A program made the translations under genes and the position numbers. Shown here in pieces: positions 53,560 through 64,000 of a stretch of DNA of 64,000 bases (its first letter is position 1; every line of letters starts with the position of its first letter). This stretch comes from Eledone cirrhosa (taxonomy: Eukaryota). The stretch covers positions 125,674,001-125,738,000 of the forward strand of contig OZ024741.1 of NCBI GenBank assembly GCA_964016885.1, read 5' to 3'. Under the pieces are notes generated by a model. That model ran no database searches and was not told the origin of the DNA. It saw only the letters and a list, made by a program, of their open reading frames with translations.

Positions 53560-56505
53560 ATTTCTATTTATTTGCCACGAGGGCACAAAAGAAGGGGACA
53601 TTTACACAGTGGGGGAGTTTACATAAATCGAGTAAAGAAAAAGGAATAACAATAATAATATAACAATAAAAAGTCCTCAAAAGGGAGGGGGCGTGTTCGG
53701 GATTGCACATACCCCCGAAAAGTGTGCAACTCTTTTCGCGGGGGAAGCCAAGAGAGGAGGCGCTCCCCCTTTCCTCTTCACTTCTTCACCTACAGAACAA
53801 TGTAGAGAGAAGGCCCATTTACACGGGTCATTCTCGCTTCTTTCACCCACCTTTCATAAAACTGTCTGGGGCCAAGCACTTCTCTCTCCATCCTGATCCT
53901 TCTTCCGAAGTGGTATCGGAAGAAGTAAACCAGGTGATGGCCGGAGAGAAAGTCACCCGACCTCAGACCTTTCAGGCGCGTCCACCACACAACCTCTTGC
54001 ATAGTCCCAACGCGCATCTAGGATTCCATTCCAGTCCCCCACTAAAAGCAGGGAACGCGACGTTCCTAGAAAAGTCTCCAGACGCTGCAAGAAGTCGGCT
54101 CTTTCAGCCCCGAAGGGGGCATAAAGACCGACCAGTCTGAAAGCCCCGCCTACACCGCCTCCGACGTCCAGCACCAGTAATCGACCCCCCGGGTCCGAGT
54201 GAACAATCTGTACGTCGAGAGCCAGACGTTTATCCAGCAGTACGGCAACTCCCCCACCCGCCTCCGGGTTGACAGAGAGATGCGTGCATCTCAAAGTCAT
54301 CGAAGGCGGGCGCCAGCTGTCTCACGCTGCTGATCCGACTCTCGCAAACAACCATCACATCTATACTTTGTGACCTGAGGTCATTTAGAAGCTTTGCTTG
54401 CTTCCAAGCTGAGCCCAGGCCACGCGCGTTCAAACAGCCAACTCTCAATTGATCTATTTTGGTGTTGAAAGTGAAGAAAGAAAAGCACCTACCTCTCCGG
54501 GTTGTGTAATTTCCATGGCATCAGGTGTGTTGGGTGGAGGGATGTTTTGTGGTGGTGTGGGGGTACCCGTGTGTGGTGGGGTTGGGGTATTTGGAGTTGT
54601 GTCAGGGAGAGGGGCGGTTATGGCGAAATCTTTCAAGAGGACGCGATTTAACGGTTTTAAACAGGGGGGGGGGCTCACGTCCCGTCTAAATTGTTCTTTT
54701 AAGGAACGATAAAGGTCCAGAGGGACCTTTATCATTTTTAAATGGGTGAAGTTCTCTGTTGAGATAAAGTTTGGTCCTTCGGTCTGCACCATAGGGTTAT
54801 TGTTTATTAATTTAACCAGTTTTTTGTTTTCTTTATTTATATATGTGTATTGCAACGTCTTTTTTTGTGATGCTGTCAATGTTTCGGAGAGGGGAGGCGC
54901 AGATTTATTTTTGTTTGTTGAGGGTGGGGTGTTTTTGATTGGAGTTGGTGTTTGTGTGTGGGTTATTTGTGGTGTGCTGGGTGTGTGTTTTCTTTTTTTT
55001 CTTTTAACTTGTCTGAAGGCTTCTCCTCCTTCTTCTTCAGAAGTTGGGGGAAACTCTTCAGCGCTAGGTGGGAGGGACGTGTTGTGTGGTTGTTTTTTTT
55101 TGCGGGAGGGGTAGATTTGTTACTGTTTTTTTTATTATTTGTTTGGAATGGGTTTTGTAGTAGTGGTGGTGGTGGTAATGTTTGTGTCGTGCTTGTGGTT
55201 GGTGATGGTGGTGGCGATGTTTGTGTTGTGGTTGGTGGTGGTGATTTTTGTGTCGTGCTTGTGTTTGGTGCTGGTGGTGGTGATGTTTGTGTTGTGTTTG
55301 TGGTTGGTGGTGTCTGTATTTTGTTTGCTGTGTGTGGTATTAGTATATTTTTGGAGGTGGGTGGTGTTGGTGTACTGTTTGTGGTGGGTGTGGGCAATAG
55401 TTTTTTTTGGGGGATATGTTTCGGGCAGTTAGCCTTAACGTGTCCCCTTTCCATGCATAAATAGCATGCTGGTCTTTTCCCCTCTACAATTATATCTATT
55501 GGGGTAAGGTCATCCAGCCAGATGCGATCCGGGATTTGTGCTATTCTTTCGGGCCTCATTTGGACTAGTATGTCGAGGCCCATTCCCAGGAACGCATCTC
55601 CAGTTGCCTTCCCCATTGACAGCATTGTGTCTTCGCCCATGTCTATGAAGCCAGCAATAGCCCACCAGAAGTCCATTGTGGGCAGCATTGTTTTTACTTT
55701 TACTCTCTGTGTTCTTCTACCCATGTAGGAGGGATAGAAGCTGTATGTTGTCGATGAGAGTGTGCTTAGGGAAAGCTTCTCCGCCGTTTCCTTGTCTTTT
55801 GTTAAGACCGAAATGCTGCCATAGAGTCGGTCCTTTCGTATGAAGAGAATATTCTTCATATAGTCTTTTAGGACCAACTCTATTTCCATTTGGCTGGGTT
55901 GTGCTGGCTTTCTTGTTTGGTTCAGTATAGTTCTGAAGAGAACTGTGCTCTCTGTTCTGGCTTTCTTGAATTCTGGGGGGGGGGGGAGTTAATGGAAAAC
56001 ATTCCGTTCTCCCCCAAGACTATTTGTTTTTTCGCTTCGGCCAGTTTTTCTCTGGCGGCAGTTAAGTCAATTGGTGTGTATGTTATGGATTGTTTTGTTT
56101 TCTGGGCGAAAGTTGCCCTGTTGTTATTTGTATTATTTTCTGTTTGTTTGTTTTCCGTTTGCTCATTTTCCTTAACATTTGTTTTTTCATTTTCCTTGTT
56201 TGTTTCGTTGTCTAATTTTGTTGTAATTATTTTTTGTTCTTCAGACTTGGGGGGCGTGGCCGAGCTAATGGCAGACATGTCTGCCATCTTTTCCGCCATG
56301 CTGCCAATAAAGAAATTTTTCGGCAAAAAAATAGATATTTATTTTACCCCCTAAAAAGGGGGTAAATGCAAAAATGTTTCCCTAAATAACAGGGGCTAGT
56401 GTTCCAAATGTGTTGCACTGAAAAATTTATCCGGTACTTACTATAGTAAGGGTAAATCCCGATGGAATAGCGGAGCCGATGTGAAGCGTGTCTTACTCTA
56501 TCAAG
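53560..56505 (-). mobile_element. Tx1-like LINE copy 3: both termini intact, ~2.8 kb of ORF2 deleted
   Basis: The 3'UTR matches copy 1. A junction at ~53998 fuses APE (…WDYA) to the ORF2 C-terminus (EVVWWTRLKG). Followed by (ATAG)n at 56506-56530. Confidence 0.9.
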
Positions 56506-56557
56506 ATAGATAGATAGATAGATAGATAGAAGTAGGAAGGTATAAGAAAGGTATATA

Positions 56558-57018
56558 TTCGTAAAGACCTGAAAATTCGCCTCTTCATTGCTGTAGTGCG
56601 GTCTGTGCTGCTGTACGGGTCTGAGACTTGGACACTGACCAAGAAACTCACTCAGATGATGGATGGGTGCTACACGAGAATGCTGAGGATGACTCTGAAC
56701 ATTAATCAGTAAACACTGAGGATGAAAAACTCAGAGCTGTATGGGAGCCTCCCAAAAGTCAGCTCAAAAGTGACACAGAGGAGACTGAGGTTAGCTGGAC
56801 ATGCTCACCGACATCCAGAGTTGACATTGCACTCAGTGCCCCTGTGGGAGCCCCTACATGGACACACTGGAAGTGGAAGACCAAGGTTACCGTATGTTGA
56901 TGCCCTAAGGACAGACACTGGTCTGTTGGAGAAGCAGGACATGGCAGCGATAATGAGGGACAGAGACCGCTGGAGAGAACTCGTCCATGGATCTCGGGAA
57001 TTTTACCCGCCCTAGATT
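56558..57018 (+). mobile_element. 5'-truncated RTE-clade LINE 3' end (same family as 7398-7887)
   Basis: High nucleotide identity to 7430-7885, with the same motifs. Confidence 0.85.
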
Positions 57019-57118
57019 ATATATGTGTGTAATAGGTAAACAGAAATAACAACACAATCGGTACAGTTTATGGAAGGGATATATTAGGTTAACGATTGAT
57101 ATAGGAGGAAGAGGGCCT

Positions 57119-57147
57119 TAACGTTTCGGACGCTAGTCCTTCATCAG
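57119..57147 (-). ncRNA. Minimal hammerhead core (same family as 43040 and the mutated copy at 29661-29689)
   Basis: CTGATGA-A-GGAC-TAGC-GTCC-GAAA-CGTTA. Confidence 0.65.
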
Positions 57148-57232
57148 AAGAAAGAATGAGAAATAAGATAGATTGAGGGGACGGGCGGGTTGGAATTGGA
57201 AAAATAACAGGTCCGTTCATGTTGAGATCTCT

Positions 57233-58290
<1,058 letters not shown>

Positions 58291-58621
58291 ATATATATAT
58301 ATTAACGAAGACCGCTGGTATAAATACACTGCCCTTCGGCCAGCGTCTAGCTCACTCAACAAATCCAGCGAATTGCAGTTATGCAGCTGCAATCACCTGT
58401 TCAGAGTGCGCACATTTAGTTTTACTGTAGAGCGTTGGCTGTGTTTTTAATTAGAGATAGATGTTAAAAACATATATATACATATATAAAGAGAGATAGA
58501 GAGAGAGGGAGAGAGAGGGAGAGAGAGGGAGAGAGAGAGAGAGATTGGTAGATAGCTAGGCAAGTAGGTAGGTAGGTTGGTGTGTAGACATGTAGATAGA
58601 TAAATAGAAAGATAGATAGAT

Positions 58622-58668
<47 letters not shown>

Positions 58669-59726
58669 AGGAAAGAAAGACAGATGATGTTGTTAACCCC
58701 CGAATGTAGATACTTAGTACCTGTAGATATCTACCCATTTGACTACTGAACATCATGTCAACACTGTTGAGGGAGAGTGGTAGGCAGGAAGATATGAAAT
58801 TACCATTTTTCTGTCAAAGTTAGCACAAGTTGTTTTCATGTAACTCTTGTGTTTATTCATAAAGATATATACATACATACATACATGATGACTGCCCCCT
58901 CGTTATCGAGTATGGCCATTGCATGATATACCATTATTAATAATTATTAATTAATTCTATTGTGCAATGCCTGTGCGTGAAGATATTTTTTAAAGTGAGG
59001 AAAGACTGTGCACTGAGCCAATCCCACTCTCTGAGCGACTAGCTATAACCCGAAAAGAAGAAAAGATCAACATCATCGGTAACTACTGAGCCGCAGGTTT
59101 TATATCGGAGTTATCCCAGTTTCCTAAGTTGCCATCTCCTAGAAGAATGCCCTGACAAATAGTAAGGGTCCCTTCAATCCCAGTAGTTTTACCGCGCGGT
59201 ACATGTGTATATACATATTTACACACTTTTGGATGGCCGTTGACTCTTATGAGTTCTTCCGCCGTTTGTCAGGTTTTGTTTTTTGTTCTGCAGGGTGTCC
59301 AAAATCACCCTCCTCACCAAGTAAACTTGGTGGGGTTGCCGGTTTAGTCGCCGACGACCCGACTATGCGACAGGTTGTACTGGTTTACATGTTATCAGTA
59401 GCACTCAAGAGTGACTCGACATAGATACATACATACTTACATACATATAGGCGTGTGGCTGATTGGTTAGAGAACTGGATTCGCAATCGTGAGGTTGTCA
59501 GTTCGATACCTGGGCCGGGCGATGCGTTATGTCCTTCAGCAAGACACTTCATGTAGATAGATAGTATTAGTAATTGGAAAGACCAACGGAAACTTTGTTT
59601 CCTCGGTCCGATTTGACGAAAGTCGATCGACTCTTTATATATATATATATATATATATGCGTGTGTGTGTATTACATGTAATCTTCACTGTTTCTCCCCC
59701 CCCCCCCCCCCCCCTTATATATATAT

Positions 59727-62578
59727 GCGCCCTCAAACACTACCTCGACCTTCGCCCCTCCCCTATTCCCTCCACCCCACCCTCCTTCGCCTCGCCGAGC
59801 TGGTCCTCACCCTCAATTGTTTCTCCTTCTCGGGTGAGTTTTACCAACAGGTCACGGGGGTAGCCATGGGTACAAGAATGGGCCCGAACTATGCCAACCT
59901 TTTTGTTGGCCATGTTGAGGCCCAAATCTTTGCCCAGTACACCGGCCCCACCCCCGAACTGTACGGTCGTTACATTGACGACTGTATCGGAGCCACGACC
60001 CTCACCCGAGAACAGCTCGACTCCTTTCTCTCCTTCTTCTGCTCCTTCCACCCCTCCCTCCACTTCACCACCTCTATCTCCACCACCCACGTCCACTTCT
60101 TAGACATCTCCGTCGCCTTCGACCCCTCCCACCACTCCCTCGTCACCTCCGCCTTCTTCAAACCCACCGACTCTCACTCTTACCTCGACTTCACCTCTTC
60201 CCACCCCACCCACACTAAACACTCCATTCCCTACTCCCAACTCCTCAGGATCCGCCGCCTCTGTAGCCGAGATGCTGACTTCGAGTCCCAGGCCCTTTCC
60301 CTAGTCAGCCATTTCATCAGCAGAGGTTACCCCCCCCCCCCCTCTCTCGTCCACACCGCTCTCACCCGCGCCCGTGCTGCCCACCGCTCCACCACCCTCA
60401 CCCCACGCCACCGCACACCCACCCACCGTCTCCCCTTCCCCATCACCTACCACCCCTCCACCTTACCCCTCCACCGCACCATCCGCCGCCTCTTCCGACG
60501 CCTCCAGTCCGACCCCTCCACCTCCCACATCTTCCCAACCCCACCACCCCCCTCCTTCAAACGGGCACGCAATCTCCACACCCTCCTCATTCACAGCTCC
60601 CTACCCCCAACCCACGCTCTGTTTCCCCCCGGTTCCTTTCCCTGTTCTAGGCCCCTCTGCAACACCTGTCCCCACATCACCAACACCACCACCTTCCAGG
60701 GTCCCAACGGCCACTCTCTCTCTGTTCGGCAGGCCTTCCGCTGCAACTCCTTCAACCTAGTCTACGGACCGATTCACTGAGCACCTCCGGGATATTCGTC
60801 TCGGTGGTAGTTCCCCCATCGCCCGCCACTTTGGTGGCCCTGGACATTCCGCACGCCATCTCACAGTCTGTGGCCTACTCCAATGCCACGGAACACCCGC
60901 CAATCGCCTTAGAGTCGAACAAAGAACTATCTTCATCTTACAGACCCACACTCCCCCCGGCCTGAACTCCCCACCCTTATTCCTTTAGCCTTCGACCGCC
61001 CCCTCCCCCCACACTTATCCCCCACTAACACCACTAACACACCCCTCCTTTTCACCGCCCACCCCACAACTAACAATACTAACACCTCCACTCCACCCCT
61101 CATCCGACCACCCTTCCCCAACTAACATACTAACATCCCTCCCTTCTTCTCCTCCTCCTCCCCTCCTTATCACACGCACACACCCACCGGCACATATATA
61201 CACGCGCTCACACTAAACACACACCCTACTACCACCACTAACCCTCACCCCCACACCTCCATCCCACTACCCCGCAACTAACCTCACTAACACCCCCTGA
61301 CCCCAAGCACACGAACACACGCACCCAATTACACCACCCACCCCACACGCAACTAACATCACTAACACCCCCCAACCCCACGCACACGTACCCACACACC
61401 CTCGTACACCACCAACTCTACACACCCTACCACCACTAACCCCTACTCACACCTGCATTCAACCCTTCCCCACCTCCCGTATACTAACACCCACTAACAC
61501 CCCCTTAATCAAACTACACACACACCAGTACACAACACTCCCTCCATAGAACTACACACACACTTCTCTCCCCGCTCCACCCACACCCTCGCTCCACACT
61601 CACTCATTCCACTAACACCTCTACTAATACACACACACACCCTCCTCACTCCAACTTTCACACCTACCCATCCTCGCCCCTTTACCATTCCACCGACTGC
61701 TGCTATGCCCTCTGACCACCTCCCAGCACAAACAGACACACAGCACTCCCACTGCTTGACCACTTCCTGTTGCGCGCGCACCCCACATCTCTCCTCCTCC
61801 GACCATCTCTTCATGGAATACTCGTATGTGGAACTTGACCACCACGGAATCTACTAAACATCATAGAAATTTACCAACTTTTCAACCATCCTCTTACGGA
61901 ATCACCTATATAACTCACCCACACACACACCCAAAAAAATTTTTTTATCCACACGCCACCTACACCCACAACACGCTTAAACCCCACACACACGTGCTTT
62001 CCACCACATATTTACACCCTCCTGATTCCTCTCCCCCCCCTCTATCCACACACAGACACTCCGACCTACACCCCCCCCCCACACACACACACCTCTTCCT
62101 GAACATGCAACCCCGTTCTTCCCCCAACCCTTACTTTCACATACACACACACACACGTACACCTACACACACACACCACCTTCAGCCCTCCCCGCTCGGA
62201 CACCCCGTCTCCCTCTCCCCACTCCACCCGCCACCACCCCTACACACCCCACACCCTTCCACCACCTGTTTTACCCCTTTTTAATTTCAGTTTATTTTGA
62301 TCATGCTTTTATATTTAATTTTATTTCATTCCTTGTATTTTGATCATGCTTTATTTTTATTTTTATTTTTATTTCATTCGCACCGTTTCCTTTCGCTATA
62401 TGTCTCTCCACCACTCCCCTACACACCCTTTGAACTCTGTTCCCACACACTTCTCACCTGAGGAAGGGCTTATGCCCGAAACGTCGTTCCCCACCACCAC
62501 CCCACTCTCCAGAGCGTGAAATTAATAAACATTCGTTGTACTGCCTCTCTGTTTTGTTCCTGTTCAAATTTTTCCATT
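59727..62578 (+). mobile_element. Penelope-like element (Neptune-like), 5'-truncated: RT, Cys-rich linker, partly deleted GIY-YIG endonuclease, long C/A-rich 3' region and pLTR
   Basis: GVAMGTRMGPNYANLF, YGRYIDD, FLDI, FKPTDSH, CSRPLCNTC, NLVY|deletion|RFTEH...ARHF...PPGLN. Hammerhead core at 62458. Flanked by (AT)n. Confidence 0.88.
62458..62485 (+). ncRNA. Minimal type I hammerhead ribozyme core (PLE pLTR)
   Basis: Core identical to 6769-6796, at the 3' end of the Neptune-like PLE. Confidence 0.72.
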
Positions 62579-62754
62579 ATATATATATATATGGTTTGTG
62601 TTAGGAAGGGCATCCAGCTGTAAAAAAAACCTGCCTGAGACACTTCCGCACGTGCCAGACATGGTCTCCCAACCATTCCCGCATCAAATGGAACAAAACC
62701 GTCTAACCCATGCTAGCGTGGAAGATGGACGTTAAACGATGATGGTGATGATGA

Positions 62755-62811
<57 letters not shown>

Positions 62812-63174
62812 TTAGAAAGCCACAACAATGCAGATGGGAAATCTCGAGGTAAGAAGTGAGTGAGAAATAGGAGAAAAGTGAAAATGAAAAGTGAAAATGA
62901 AAATTTTCATTTTCACATTTCTCCTATTTCTCACTCACTTCTTACCTCGAGATTTCCCATCTGCATTGTTGTGGCTTTCTAAACTACATATTTTACACAT
63001 TTCACAATGCTTCAAGCAAACTTTAACACCCTCTTATATATATATATATATATATACACATGTATATGTGTATGTGTATATGTACATGTATATGTGTATG
63101 TGTGTGTAGATATATATATATGTATATATATATGTATGTGTATGTGTGTGTGTGTATATATGTATATGTGTATT

Positions 63175-63207
<33 letters not shown>

Positions 63208-63365
63208 GTATATATGTTTGTGTATGTGTATTCCATGTAACCTTATGTTTCCCTATATCTCTCCCTCCACCCTTCATTCAGCCATAGTTTTTCCTTCGTT
63301 CCATTCCTGATTTCTAATTTCCTCCTGCTCCCCTCTTTATCTTTTACTTTATTCCATCATCTTCT

Positions 63366-63465
63366 CTACTACTACTACTACTACTACTATTACTACTCTA
63401 CCACCACCACCACCACCACCACCACCACTACCACCACCACCACCACCAGCATCACCACCACCACC

Positions 63466-63496
<31 letters not shown>

Positions 63497-63598
63497 TTAC
63501 TACTCTACCACCACCACCACCACTACCGCCACTACCACCACTGCCACCAACACAACCCCCATCACCTCTACTACTAGCACTTTCATCACCAGCACCAG

Positions 63599-63639
<41 letters not shown>

Positions 63640-63706
63640 TACCACCACCACCACCACCACCGCAACCACCACCGCCACCAACACAACCACCATCACCATC
63701 ACCACC

Positions 63707-63745
<39 letters not shown>

Positions 63746-63752
63746 GCTGCTG

Positions 63753-63797
<45 letters not shown>

Positions 63798-64000
63798 TAC
63801 CACCACCACCACCACCACCACAACCACCACCGCCACCAACACAACCACCATCACCATCACCACCACCACAACCACCACCACCACCACCACCACCACCACC
63901 ACCACCACCACCACCACTACTACTGCTGCTACTACTACTACTACTACTACTACTACTATACCACCACCACCACCACCACCACAACCACCACCGCCACCAA
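63366..64000. repeat. Compound (ACT)n/(ACC)n trinucleotide satellite with higher-order repetition
   Basis: The block ...actataccaccacc...caaccaccaccgccacca recurs three times. Confidence 0.9.

Overview
Eukaryotic, microsatellite-saturated genomic DNA; the repeat repertoire suggests a coleoid cephalopod such as Octopus (inference). One host-gene exon is recognisable: the first coding exon of an NKCC-type SLC12 cation-chloride cotransporter (minus strand, 13525-13986), so 1-13524 is probably its first intron. The rest is mostly mobile DNA. (i) A head-to-tail array of three 5'-complete Tx1-like (L1-superfamily) LINEs lies in (GATA)n (43.8-56.5 kb), with an AUG-less ORF2 and a shared YADD->YAND change; a 5'-truncated relative is at 33.9-36.0 kb. 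(ii) Many Penelope-like element (PLE) remnants sit in or next to (AT)n. They carry at least 9 minimal hammerhead-ribozyme-like cores from several families and often form fold-back hairpins. (iii) There are RTE and CRE-like LINE ends, tRNA-derived SINE families, a non-autonomous Helitron, and hAT and Tc1 MITEs. (iv) A near-perfect 615-bp x5 tandem array is apparently derived from a decayed PLE RT. Most ORFs in the supplied track are microsatellite translation artefacts. Family assignments rest on motif recognition by eye; no database searches were run.
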